Shown: positions 38,812 to 48,500 of the stretch, in pieces | Numbering within the stretch: the stretch's first letter is position 1 | Layout: the number at the start of each line of letters is the position of its first letter | Source: Bacilli bacterium | GTDB taxonomy: Bacteria; Bacillota_I; Bacilli_A; RFN20; CAG-826 | Direction of reading: 5' to 3' | Assembly: GCA_045631885.1 (NCBI GenBank) | Contig: JAZQVN010000015.1 | Location: 2,452 to 66,451 of the forward strand | Length of the DNA stretch: 64,000 bases | Made by a program: the position numbers and the translations under genes | Notes under the pieces: generated by a model | Told to the model about the DNA's origin: nothing | What the model saw: only the letters and a program-made list of their open reading frames with translations | Databases searched by the model: none

Positions 38812-41717
38812 AATTTCACTACTTTACCACCAAATTGTTTTTTGATTTGATTTGCTTCGTTAAAATCATCGAATATATGAGCGTCATGTTTGGAATGAGA
38901 GTAATTTTCATTACCGACATAATATCCCATATTGGTTTTAACGATAAATTTACCAGGTATCTTTTCTAATACTTCTTCCTCTTCTTGAGGAACTGGCTCT
39001 TGAACTGGTTTTTTCTTTCTACCAGCGCCTGAACGAGCGCCACCCCAATTCTTCTTATTCGCGGATTCAGATTCTTCTACATCCGCTTTCTTTTTACGAC
39101 CAGCGCCTGCGCGGGAACCACCCCAATTCTTTCTAACAGGATGTTCTTCGTCTTGTTGATCGTTATCAGTTTCTTCGATTACTTTTTTCTTACGACCTGC
39201 ACCAGCGCGAGATCCTCCCCAGGACTTCTTCACTGGTTCAGCGTTATCTTCTTCTGGTTGTTCTTCAGAAACTTCCTCTATTGGTTCTTCTATATCTTGA
39301 GGTTCTTCCTCTATTGGTTCTTCCTCGATTGGAGCCTCTTCGATAACTGGCTCTTCTTCAATTGGGGTTTCCTCAATAATCGGTTGTTCTTCTACTGGTT
39401 GAACCTCCTCGATGATAGGTTCTTGTTCTTCGACGACTTCTTCATTTACAGGTTCTTCATCAGAAACTTTCTTCTTTCTACCCGCACCTGCACGAGAACC
39501 GCCCCAAGACTTCTTGACTGGTTGTTCTTCGTTAGATTCCTCTTGGGCCACTTTCTTTTTACGGCCTGCGCCTGAACGTGCGCCACCCCATGATTTCTTC
39601 ACAGGTTCGACTTCGTTATTTTCTTCAGCAGGAACTTCTTCAACTGGAGTTTCTTCTAGTTCTTGAGATTCTTCAACCGCTGGTTCTTCTTCGCTAACAA
39701 CTTCTTCTTCAACAGGAGATTCTTCCGCAGGAATTTCTTCTTCTACTGGTGGAATATCTTCCGCTATTTCAGGTTGTTCTTCTTCATTATTTTCAATAAT
39801 TGATGGGGTTTCTGCTGGAATTTCTTCGTTTTCTACAGGATTTTCGTCAATTTGTTCTTCTTGAATTGCGTCTTCGATTAACGCTCTTCTCGCTGCCTCT
39901 AGTTCATCTTCATTAGAAGGTTCTTCTTGAGGAGCTTCTTCAACTTCTTCAGAAGGTTGCTCGTCAACGATTTCTTCAACTGGTGATTCTTCTTCCGTTA
40001 GAGACTCTTCGATGGTTTCAGGTTCTTCAACTTGAGCCTCTTCGACTGGGTGAACTTCTTCTTCGATAGGAGCTTCCTCTACTTGTTGAGGTTCTTCAAC
40101 GGCAGGTTGTTCTTCCTCGACTGGAGCTTCTTGAACTTCTTCAACAGGGGTTTCTTCTACACCTTCCTCAACTGGTGATTCTTCTATTTCTTCGCTAACT
40201 TGTCCTTCTGAAATAGTTTCTTCAACCACTTCTTCTTGAGGTTGTTCTTCAGAGATTTCTTCCTCTTCAATTGGAAGTTCTTCGTTATATTCGGCTTCGT
40301 AATAATCATCAATAGTTGGGAGATCTTCTACCTCTGGTCTACTAACTGGAGATAATTCTTCAACTGGGTGATTAGATAAAGCTTCTTCGATGAGTTGTCT
40401 TCTAACATCATCAATTCTTCTTTCTTCAGCGAGTCGAATAGCTTCTTGTTCTCTAGCGATTCTTTCCGCTTCTTCTCTTTCTCTTTGAGCGATAATTGCT
40501 CTTGCTCTTTTATCAAATTCCGCTTTATCTTTTCTCTTGCGTTTTTCTAACTTATCTAACGCGGCTTTTTCCACTTTACGGATATTCTTTTCTTCGATTT
40601 CTTCTTCGTAATATTCTTTCTCAATCTTAGTTGGGTGAGGTGGAATATCTTTCTTTAATTGAGAATCGAGATAATCTTGATATCCTTGGTCAATACGTAA
40701 AAATTCGATTGGACCTTTTAATAAGTCACCATAGATAAATTCCTCATCATCAAGTGAGGTAAGTATTCTTGGTTTATATGTACGAGAAAATCCCTTCGTG
40801 GTGACGGATTTGCTCTTACCTTTTAAGGCTAAATAGTTTGTGAACATCACTGTGTTGAGTTCATTTAATTCTTCATCAGTGAAAATAGAGGCATCTTCAT
40901 CAATCTTGAAAGACACACCTAAATGGTCATATCTTTCTAAGAATTTATATAAACGATAACAGTGGTTATATTTTGGGTTCTTTCTTAGGATGTTAGTCAT
41001 GACGATTGGATTACGGACATCTCTTTCTGTCTTTAATTCCTTCATGAACTTAGAACCATAAAAATACATAACGTATTCTCTAATCTTTAAAATACGTTCA
41101 ACCGCTTTATTGGACATATCCGCGGCTTTCGTGTCGGATGGAGATTTGACTTTGATCTTAGTTTCAATTTCAACTTCCGCGCCTTCCACCATCGCTTTGG
41201 TTTTATAATATAAAATTTCTTCATCGTGTAAGATGGAGAAGTTTTTGACGAATTCATATCTCTTTTGAATGAATAAAACTAATCTTCTTACTAAAGTAGC
41301 AATAAATCTATTTTCATAAGTATGAATATCTTCTTCACTACCGATATTTAAGATTTTATTAGGAACGACGTCTCCGTCTTCTTTAACTTCTTTGATGTAT
41401 TGGGTGTGGCTTGCTAAATGTTGAACAGATTCAGCACCTGTTTTTCTCGCTAATTCGACAGGGACAATATTTGTCACTGTTTTTGTAGTTTCTCTCGGAT
41501 TAGCGATAATTTCACCTAAATCATAAATACAATCTTCAATCTCTTTAATCCATGAGAAATCGAAGTTAGAGTTTTCTAATCGGTCAATTCTCATGTAAGA
41601 GTTTTTGCCACTAGAAAGAGACGCGAAAATCTCGGAGGCTCTTTTCTCCTTTTTAATGGAGTCCATCTTTCCGAGATATTTTTTAAATAACGCTGCGTTC
41701 TTTCTGTTATCGGCCAT
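38808..41717 (-). CDS. DUF2357 (McrC-type N-terminal) protein with a coiled coil and an acidic disordered tail carrying 5 WGGxRxGAGRKKK repeats
   Basis: IIxNPR, SVQHLASH, TYENRF, TNILRKNPKY..CY.LY.FL; no PD-(D/E)xK nuclease domain recognisable. Confidence 0.75.
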   Translation of the reverse strand: MADNRKNAALFKKYLGKMDSIKKEKRASEIFASLSSGKNSYMRIDRLENSNFDFSWIKEIEDCIYDLGEIIANPRETTKTVTNIVPVELARKTGAESVQHLASHTQYIKEVKEDGDVVPNKILNIGSEEDIHTYENRFIATLVRRLVLFIQKRYEFVKNFSILHDEEILYYKTKAMVEGAEVEIETKIKVKSPSDTKAADMSNKAVERILKIREYVMYFYGSKFMKELKTERDVRNPIVMTNILRKNPKYNHCYRLYKFLERYDHLGVSFKIDEDASIFTDEELNELNTVMFTNYLALKGKSKSVTTKGFSRTYKPRILTSLDDEEFIYGDLLKGPIEFLRIDQGYQDYLDSQLKKDIPPHPTKIEKEYYEEEIEEKNIRKVEKAALDKLEKRKRKDKAEFDKRARAIIAQREREEAERIAREQEAIRLAEERRIDDVRRQLIEEALSNHPVEELSPVSRPEVEDLPTIDDYYEAEYNEELPIEEEEISEEQPQEEVVEETISEGQVSEEIEESPVEEGVEETPVEEVQEAPVEEEQPAVEEPQQVEEAPIEEEVHPVEEAQVEEPETIEESLTEEESPVEEIVDEQPSEEVEEAPQEEPSNEDELEAARRALIEDAIQEEQIDENPVENEEIPAETPSIIENNEEEQPEIAEDIPPVEEEIPAEESPVEEEVVSEEEPAVEESQELEETPVEEVPAEENNEVEPVKKSWGGARSGAGRKKKVAQEESNEEQPVKKSWGGSRAGAGRKKKVSDEEPVNEEVVEEQEPIIEEVQPVEEQPIIEETPIEEEPVIEEAPIEEEPIEEEPQDIEEPIEEVSEEQPEEDNAEPVKKSWGGSRAGAGRKKKVIEETDNDQQDEEHPVRKNWGGSRAGAGRKKKADVEESESANKKNWGGARSGAGRKKKPVQEPVPQEEEEVLEKIPGKFIVKTNMGYYVGNENYSHSKHDAHIFDDFNEANQIKKQFGGKVVKL
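39008..39602 (-). repeat. Five intragenic repeats encoding (K/R)K(S/N)WGG(A/S)R(S/A)GAGRKKK
   Basis: Visible directly in the translation of 38808..41717. Confidence 0.9.
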
Positions 41718-41722
41718 AAATA

Positions 41723-43240
41723 TTAGTTATTCTTAATCAAATCTTCGATATATCTATGCGCCATTGGGAAAGTATTCTTTCCGTATAATTTATCTAATTG
41801 GCCAGATAATTCTTTTAATTCATCTTTGAAGAAGGCGATGTTTAAAGATTCAAATTTCTTTAAAATCTTGTTTGTAAAGATGAAGTCGAAACCATCACTT
41901 TCTTTACCACCACAGGCGACAAAGACAGGGATGAATGATTCTAATTGTTTTAAAATACGGTTACCAAAGGCTAACTTGAATTTCTTAATGACGAAGTTAT
42001 CTAATTGTGAGAATTTGTCTAACATATTGTCACTAATTGGGAATTGGTTAATCGCTTCATCATATAAGCTCTTAAGTTGAGCGTATGGAACTTGTAAAGC
42101 TTCTTGTCTTTCACTTTCAAATGGACGACCTTTATCGTCAAAGAATAATGAAATAGCACGGTCATAGACCTTATCAGAGATGGTGAATGTACTATCATCG
42201 TTATTGGCTGTGCCGAAGAAGATGACGTTTTGAGGAATTAATAATTTACCATCTTTTAATTGTTGAGGGTCACCGTTTTGCATCGCCGGAATTAAGTCGA
42301 TTAACCAGTCGGCGACATCTCTCATTTCCATGACGGATAAGAATTCCGCGAAATAGTATTCGATACGGGCTAAGTTCATTTCATCGAGGACGATGACATC
42401 TAATTCTTTACGATATGTGGTTGTGTATAACGCTCTTAAGAATTCAGATTCATTGAATTTCTTAGTAAATTCATTGTAGTAACCTAATAATTCAGATCTA
42501 TCTTTCCATGATGGTTGAACTGGAATAATTGCTGAGTCAAAAGCGAAGAATTTACCTAAAGCATACGCCATAGAGGTTTTACCTGTACCGGAGATACCTT
42601 CTAAGATAATTAACTTAGAGGTAGCCATACCGGCGAATAATTGTCTAATGGTTTCAATCTTGTAATACAAGTTATATTGGCTTGCAGCAAAGTTTCTAAA
42701 GGCATTACATAGTTCTTCTAAAGAGAGGTTTTCTTTATAAGGAATTGATAAGTCAACACCTCTATATTGGTTGTCCACTTTGACGAGTTTTGGGAATCTT
42801 GAAGAGATTTCTTCGATAACTTCTTTATCTTCTTTCTTCATCTCATCTGGGGAGATACCCATATAAGCTGTTTTTAAATTTAAAATCTTGTCTTTTTCCG
42901 CGATGGCTTGGAATAATTCGTAATTTAATCTTTCAACTTGTTCTCTTAATTCATCTTTGTCTAATTCTTTTCTGACAAATCTGATGTATTTTCTGATGAA
43001 CAAGACTAATAAAAAGATAATTCCACCTATCGCACCGACAAGTAATAGAGCAAATAAAACAAAGAAGAACCAACCGAGGAAACCAAATTGGCCAGAGTTT
43101 TCAGAAAGGAAAGAATTGTATGCTTCAAAATTACCTGGAACATCCGCCCAAGGTTGAGCCCAAGCTTTATTTAAAAATGTGCCGATATCAGCAAAAATTC
43201 TTGTGACTAATTCTCGTAAATATTCGAAATATGCATTCAT
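41723..43240 (-). CDS. Membrane-anchored McrB-like AAA+ NTPase
   Basis: N-terminal TM and coiled coil; Walker A GISGTGKT; VQPSW.D; Walker B LDEMNLARIEYYF; GTANNDDST; KVYDRA. Confidence 0.85.
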   Translation of the reverse strand: MNAYFEYLRELVTRIFADIGTFLNKAWAQPWADVPGNFEAYNSFLSENSGQFGFLGWFFFVLFALLLVGAIGGIIFLLVLFIRKYIRFVRKELDKDELREQVERLNYELFQAIAEKDKILNLKTAYMGISPDEMKKEDKEVIEEISSRFPKLVKVDNQYRGVDLSIPYKENLSLEELCNAFRNFAASQYNLYYKIETIRQLFAGMATSKLIILEGISGTGKTSMAYALGKFFAFDSAIIPVQPSWKDRSELLGYYNEFTKKFNESEFLRALYTTTYRKELDVIVLDEMNLARIEYYFAEFLSVMEMRDVADWLIDLIPAMQNGDPQQLKDGKLLIPQNVIFFGTANNDDSTFTISDKVYDRAISLFFDDKGRPFESERQEALQVPYAQLKSLYDEAINQFPISDNMLDKFSQLDNFVIKKFKLAFGNRILKQLESFIPVFVACGGKESDGFDFIFTNKILKKFESLNIAFFKDELKELSGQLDKLYGKNTFPMAHRYIEDLIKNN

Positions 43241-43260
43241 AATTTTGTTTCTTCCTTTCT

Positions 43261-44382
43261 TTATTGACCAGTGTGCTCAGCAATCTTGAAGTTGAGTCTC
43301 ATATCGAAGCTTCCACCCATGTGGGAGTTGATACAATCCATATCCCAACCTTCCATATAAATCGCTAAGACGAATTCTTTCATTTCTCCACCTTTGACTT
43401 GAAGGCTGAACTTATCTTCAACCTCTGCTCTTGCTAATGAATCTTCTTTTTTAATCTCTAAGCCGTTTTCTAAAGATTCATCAAGTAAGAATGGGTGGAC
43501 ACCCGCTTTGGTTTTCGCGGCGAATGAAGTATATTCTTTTGGAGCCTCGCTATCAGTATCACTGGCTTCGCCATATACCGCGAGGTTTCTATCATTTACT
43601 TCACCATATATTACTTCGTAATACTCATCATCAGTATCATTTCGATATGAATCATAATATGTCGTTGAAAACAAATCTTCTCTTCCTCCAAGGAGTGTTT
43701 CTTTATCCTTGTAAGGATCAATTACTGTGAATTGATATGTTTCTTCATCCGGATCTAATATTGCAATACGCATACAATTGGTTAAGTTGTTTAATTGTTT
43801 AATTACATCTTCAACGATTTCTTCGTGAGTGTATTCCGGATGTTCAACTGCGTATTTTTCTTTGATACCTTCAGTATCCGCGAGCATCCTCGCTCTTTGT
43901 TCATTTAATCTTCTAATTGGAGAGATGAATAAGTTTTCTTCGGATGCATCGAGAGTAACTTTTGTATCGGCATTACAATATAAATATAAATGCTGGGTGT
44001 AATAACCCCAGTTTGACACACGCTCCCTAGGCGCGCGCGTTAAAGAATCAACTAGTGCGGAATCGTATTCATAGAATACTGGGTCACTAGCTTTCTCGTC
44101 TATCCATTTTGATTTAAACATCGTACTTATCGGTTTAAATAAATCTGTTCCCGGTAGTTGCGATTCTGGATCGTCGAAGTTGAATTTAAGTGTTTCCGTT
44201 AATGCACTATACTCATTTGTGGTCGCAATTCTTAATTCACGAGACCCAGAAACATTAATAACTAATGTATCAATGTATAAATTCTCAGAGGAATTATACC
44301 AAGCAAAAGACAAAGATAAGCTCAACGCCGCTAAGCCAATTGAGCCTACTAAACTTGTAGTAATGAGTCTTTTAAAGTTCAT
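43261..44382 (-). CDS. SipW-type signal peptide fibre subunit (TasA/CalY-like)
   Basis: Signal peptide ending LSFA/WYN; CMRIAI; C-terminal IYMEGWD. Confidence 0.7.
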   Translation of the reverse strand: MNFKRLITTSLVGSIGLAALSLSLSFAWYNSSENLYIDTLVINVSGSRELRIATTNEYSALTETLKFNFDDPESQLPGTDLFKPISTMFKSKWIDEKASDPVFYEYDSALVDSLTRAPRERVSNWGYYTQHLYLYCNADTKVTLDASEENLFISPIRRLNEQRARMLADTEGIKEKYAVEHPEYTHEEIVEDVIKQLNNLTNCMRIAILDPDEETYQFTVIDPYKDKETLLGGREDLFSTTYYDSYRNDTDDEYYEVIYGEVNDRNLAVYGEASDTDSEAPKEYTSFAAKTKAGVHPFLLDESLENGLEIKKEDSLARAEVEDKFSLQVKGGEMKEFVLAIYMEGWDMDCINSHMGGSFDMRLNFKIAEHTGQ

Positions 44383-44387
44383 AATTC

Positions 44388-45569
44388 CTAACTGACTAAG
44401 TTAATCTGGAATTGTAGTCCTAAGTTAAAACCGTGCGATAATTCTTCGTCGATAACAGTATGATCCCAACCTTCGAGCCAAATCACGGCATCGAGTTCCG
44501 CTAAAGCGTTAGTGTCTTCCGCGGTAACACACACAGGTGTACCACCACTTAATCTACCATTAACGTCATTTGGAGCGATTGTTTTCAATGTTTTATATTG
44601 AGCTGTGCCTAAAGTAAGGCCAGTATAGTCTTCATAACATGTATTGCCTCTACCATGCTTTGCATAAAATGTAGAGTGTTCGGTTGATTTGGCGATAACG
44701 CCATCAAAAACAACACCATTGATGTTTTCTAAACCACTATCACTAGATGGGTTTTGTGTAAAAGTATTAGTTCCAGAACCAGTGTAATCACCATAAATGA
44801 TTTCTTGATGTTCATCATCAAAATCATAAAGTTCATCTCTGTTTAAATCTAAACAGCCAGCAACTGTGGTAACACCATCGATATTACCGGTATCGCTTGG
44901 ATTTAAAATGAATTTATTTGCTGTGCTAGAACTTGAGAAATAAACTCTAATTCCCTTATAAACTTGAGAATCAACATTAGTAGAGCTAGCGGCAACATCA
45001 ACATCACTTAACCATAAGTTTTGTCCACCGACATATTCCTTAGTTGAGCCAGATGTTGGCTTGATGATTCTAAATACAAATGGAATTGAAACATATTTAA
45101 ATGTTTCAGCATCATTTTCATTAACTCTACTTCCCGCAACTAATGTGTTATAAAGATTGAAATTATTAGCACCAGTCACATAAGTGCGACTTGTAACAGG
45201 ACACAATTCAGTTGTCGCATAAGTACCTTCTTGAGCAAGATATGTAGAAATCGCATTGGCTGGTAATCCACCGCCTGGCTCAGCAAAATAATATCTGATT
45301 GTCTTGCCATCTTCGACTTTGGTTAAGTTATTGTCGATTGTTAATCCAACACCGGTTAGTGCTGCCATTTGATCACTATCGAAGTCGGTAGTTTTCAAAC
45401 CGATTTGTAATTGAGCACTTGTGGTAACGGATGTACCTTGGTAAGACACAGAGACTCTTGTTGAATAAGCCCACCAAGCCATAGAACCGCTAATTGAACC
45501 CACAAAAGCTGCGAGTGTAACTAAGCCAATTCCGACTGGTAATAAACGCCATTTCATATTGGTCTTCAT
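44388..45569 (-). CDS. SipW-type signal peptide fibre subunit
   Basis: SISGSMA/WWAYSTR; LCPVTS; GIRVYF; IWLEGWD. Start MKTNMK at 45569. Confidence 0.75.
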   Translation of the reverse strand: MKTNMKWRLLPVGIGLVTLAAFVGSISGSMAWWAYSTRVSVSYQGTSVTTSAQLQIGLKTTDFDSDQMAALTGVGLTIDNNLTKVEDGKTIRYYFAEPGGGLPANAISTYLAQEGTYATTELCPVTSRTYVTGANNFNLYNTLVAGSRVNENDAETFKYVSIPFVFRIIKPTSGSTKEYVGGQNLWLSDVDVAASSTNVDSQVYKGIRVYFSSSSTANKFILNPSDTGNIDGVTTVAGCLDLNRDELYDFDDEHQEIIYGDYTGSGTNTFTQNPSSDSGLENINGVVFDGVIAKSTEHSTFYAKHGRGNTCYEDYTGLTLGTAQYKTLKTIAPNDVNGRLSGGTPVCVTAEDTNALAELDAVIWLEGWDHTVIDEELSHGFNLGLQFQINLVS

Positions 45570-45609
45570 GCGTGTTTCCTTTCTTTTTATTTTTTTAATA
45601 GATTTTTTT

Positions 45610-45650
45610 GCCAAGGGCAAAGTCGCGCTTACGCGATATTGCCCTTAGCA
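45610..45650 (-). terminator. Intergenic hairpin (attenuator or mRNA stabiliser) after the 45683 subunit
   Basis: AAGGGCAA-aGTCGCG-ctta-CGCGAT-ATTGCCCTT inverted repeat. Confidence 0.5.
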
Positions 45651-45682
45651 TTGTCGTATCTATTTTTTGTGTTTACTAAAGA

Positions 45683-46816
45683 TTAATGATTTTCGTGAGC
45701 TTCAGCTGAGAATCTGATGCCAACGTTGAATTGAGCACCAATTGTGCTATCTGTAGTGTTGGAAGAATTCCATAAAGCACTACCACCGAGTTGTTGCCAA
45801 CCTTCGAGATAAATAACTAAGTCGACTTTTAAAGTATTGGAAGCAGTAGCTGTACCAATTGCAGTACCGGTAATGTCATATGGATCACTGTCATCAGCAA
45901 CACCGAGAACATCACTTGTAACTGGTGTAATAGCGGTTGATTCTGCGACTGGAATTTCATATTCTTCCCAAGAAGAACCATTGTATTGATAGAACTTGTC
46001 ACCTGTGACGTAAGCGATATCATCAGCAGCGGCTTCTAAAGCATTTCTGGCTTCTTCGTTAGCGACTTCAACGAATGATTCGCTTGTACCATAAAGAATT
46101 TGTTTGCCAGATTGCCAACTGAATGTATTTGTTTTGTCCATTTGGCTGTCATTATTTAAGTCTAAAGCACCAGCAACTTCAACATCATCACCTGTTTTGG
46201 AGAATGTTGCGTATTGTGTTAATGCGTTTGCATCTGTTCCTGCGCTAACGCCTAAACGTAAAGCGTTGGAAACATCAGCTCTAGCTGGGTTTGTGGTTTC
46301 TGCTTCTAAAGCAACTGCGGAAACATAAATGTCCTTTTCTAACATAGTGACATTTGCTCCACCATCGACGTCTTTAACACGGAGTTCTAATGGAATGACA
46401 ACATAATCTTCAGTGGCTGTTGCTGCACCCCATGTAGATTGAGCACCGTATTGATAAATTGGGTTTCTGTAAAATGTGGATGCGACTTCGCCTTCAGCTA
46501 ATTCACCAGAAGTAACTGGATGTAAATCAGTTGCGTTGTTACGTTCTGCACCACCGCTAGCGATTTCTGTTGTTAAATAAGATGCGATTACGCTAGCTGG
46601 TAAATCACTTCTCCAACCAAATGTGGCTTCATCACTACTTCTAACTCTAATTTCTAAAGCTTCTGTACAGTGTGCGGCTGTACCAGTGAATTCAGCTGTT
46701 GCACGTGTGGAATATTGATACCACGCGACAGATCCTGAGATTGATCCTGCTAAAGCAGCACCCATCGCAAGAGCTAATGTCGAAACTATAATTTTCTTTT
46801 TATTACTTGTTTTCAT
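45683..46816 (-). CDS. SipW-type signal peptide fibre subunit
   Basis: SISGSVA/WYQYSTR; LHPVTSG; ALRLGV; IYLEGWQ. Confidence 0.75.
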   Translation of the reverse strand: MKTSNKKKIIVSTLALAMGAALAGSISGSVAWYQYSTRATAEFTGTAAHCTEALEIRVRSSDEATFGWRSDLPASVIASYLTTEIASGGAERNNATDLHPVTSGELAEGEVASTFYRNPIYQYGAQSTWGAATATEDYVVIPLELRVKDVDGGANVTMLEKDIYVSAVALEAETTNPARADVSNALRLGVSAGTDANALTQYATFSKTGDDVEVAGALDLNNDSQMDKTNTFSWQSGKQILYGTSESFVEVANEEARNALEAAADDIAYVTGDKFYQYNGSSWEEYEIPVAESTAITPVTSDVLGVADDSDPYDITGTAIGTATASNTLKVDLVIYLEGWQQLGGSALWNSSNTTDSTIGAQFNVGIRFSAEAHENH

Positions 46817-47621
46817 AAGCGTTAATTGTAACTCCTAATTTTAGATTTGCACCTTCAGGTGCTTCACCTTGTGCTTGAGGATCATTACCCTCGAGCCAAG
46901 CGACTATTGTGTATCTTTTAGATTCACCTGGTAAGAAAGTTGGATCTGGAATTGTCGCAACTACTTCTGGACTTTCGAATGGTTCCGCAAACGCTGGGAA
47001 TGGATTTGTCGCAGAATCGAACCCATAAGACAGGTATTCTTTATACGTTGTGTCTCCATAACCGGTTTGATTTGGGGTTTCACTCTTTTTCGCGTACACA
47101 GTGTACTTGTGTTCGTCTATAGTTGGATCATTCTGATAAACCATAACTCTGAGAATTTGATCTAGGTATCTGATACCGTATCTGTCAGAGATAGCTGGTT
47201 CATTCTTCGTGATGTTGACTTTTACTTCGTAATTAGCTGGTATTGAACCATCATTTTTAATGAAGAATGTGTACTTGAAGTATTTCATTACTTCATTACC
47301 GAAGCTGTCTTTTTCAACTCCGTAATCCACACCATGTTTATCATTATCGATGTTCTCGCTTGATGGAAGCCTTTCGTAGGTTTCTAAATCAAATGGCGGT
47401 AAGGTATCGATTTTGATGTAGGATGTTGGATCTTCGAATTGAGAAGTCTTATAAAGTGATAATTTAACGGATCCGGTATTTAACGCGACTGTAAATGTGC
47501 CTGTGTACTTACCAAGAAATGCTACCAGGACAAACATTCCAATACCTGCAGATGCAACTGCTGTAAGGATTCCTGCTAGTTTTTTTCTTTTCCGTTTTTT
47601 TACATACTCCAATTCGACCAT
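46803..47621 (-). CDS. Fibre-subunit paralogue with an N-terminal membrane anchor
   Basis: KKRKRKK followed by a TM; YTFFIKNDG; ILRVMV; IVAWLEGNDP. Lacks the A/W cleavage signature. Confidence 0.65.
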   Translation of the reverse strand: MVELEYVKKRKRKKLAGILTAVASAGIGMFVLVAFLGKYTGTFTVALNTGSVKLSLYKTSQFEDPTSYIKIDTLPPFDLETYERLPSSENIDNDKHGVDYGVEKDSFGNEVMKYFKYTFFIKNDGSIPANYEVKVNITKNEPAISDRYGIRYLDQILRVMVYQNDPTIDEHKYTVYAKKSETPNQTGYGDTTYKEYLSYGFDSATNPFPAFAEPFESPEVVATIPDPTFLPGESKRYTIVAWLEGNDPQAQGEAPEGANLKLGVTINAYENK

Positions 47622-47680
47622 AGATGAATTTTTTGCCCTAAAAGATCAAAGGGCGATAATTTGTCCCATGGAACTGATAC

Positions 47681-47809
47681 AAAAAGCCAGTGCCTATCAT
47701 CCAATACATTGGCGGGATTGTTCAGTCCCTAAGGCAACTGGCTATCTTATTATAATAAGACCCTTTAGTTTTGCGACCTCATATTGCTATGAGTGTGCTT
47801 TTTTCTCGC
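47681..47809 (-). promoter_or_regulatory. Cyclic-dinucleotide riboswitch class I (GEMM-I), A20 variant, with terminator expression platform
   Basis: GCGA...AAAAAAGCACACTCATA-GCAA-TATGAGGTCGCAAAACTAAAGGGTCTTA...TAAGATAGCCAGTTGC. The aptamer 3' end can pair with AGGCACTGGCT, which is followed by TTTT. Confidence 0.85.
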
Positions 47810-47813
47810 ATAC

Positions 47814-47843
47814 ATCCTAACACAACTAGTCAAATCGTGTCAA
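47814..47843 (-). promoter_or_regulatory. Sigma-A promoter of the fibre operon
   Basis: TTGACA-18-TAGGAT with TG extension, immediately upstream of the aptamer. Confidence 0.7.
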
Positions 47844-47959
47844 CCCCTTCTTTTTTTATTATAAAAAAACATAAATTAGTCATTTCAAAATATTTAGAAC
47901 GAATCAATAAAAAACCACTTTTTGTGGTAAAAGGTAAAAAAATAACAACCAATCGGTCG

Positions 47960-48328
47960 CTATTCTTTTTTATCTCCAGGATTTGATCCGTTTTGTAGAT
48001 CTCTTAATAATTCTTGTCTTAAGGCTTCTTTTTGTTCATCTGATAAGTCATTGACTTTAACAGGACCTTTTTGAGCGGTCTTCTTAACGTAGATAACTAA
48101 TCCAATAATATTAGCCGCGAGTAATACGAATAATGGAAGAACGAAACCTAAACCATAAACCATTGGGTTTTTCATTAAGAAACCAATGAAACCTTCAGCG
48201 TTTTCAATATCCGCTGCGCTCTTACCTGCCGTATTCGCGAGCATGATAATACTTAATACGAATAAAAACACTGTGATAGCGACATCAAGTGCGATAAGGG
48301 TAATAAATAGTGGTTTTTTATTTTTCAT
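47960..48328 (-). CDS. Small 2-TM membrane protein
   Basis: Two TMs; C-terminal LSDEQKEALRQELL helix resembling the tail of the signal peptidase. Confidence 0.7.
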   Translation of the reverse strand: MKNKKPLFITLIALDVAITVFLFVLSIIMLANTAGKSAADIENAEGFIGFLMKNPMVYGLGFVLPLFVLLAANIIGLVIYVKKTAQKGPVKVNDLSDEQKEALRQELLRDLQNGSNPGDKKE

Positions 48329-48500
48329 AGGTTCGTTTTTTTCGCTTGTAGTATATATTATATCATCAAATCAACTTTGAAAATGATTTTTTTAAAGACT
48401 TTGTCTTAATTTTCTAGCGATATGACTCTTATATAATAAAGGCTTAAAAAAATAAATCAAATAAAAATATTTTTCGTAGGGCAAAAAGTTAACAAAGTGT

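Noticed and set aside
38808-43240. Conventional McrBC restriction system
   Set aside because: No recognisable nuclease or DNA-reading domain; has a TM anchor and sits in the fibre operon. Reported instead as a repurposed module.
47497-47986. Two plus-strand ORFs (107 and 71 aa)
   Set aside because: Antisense to the riboswitch, promoter and flanking genes; no coding signal.
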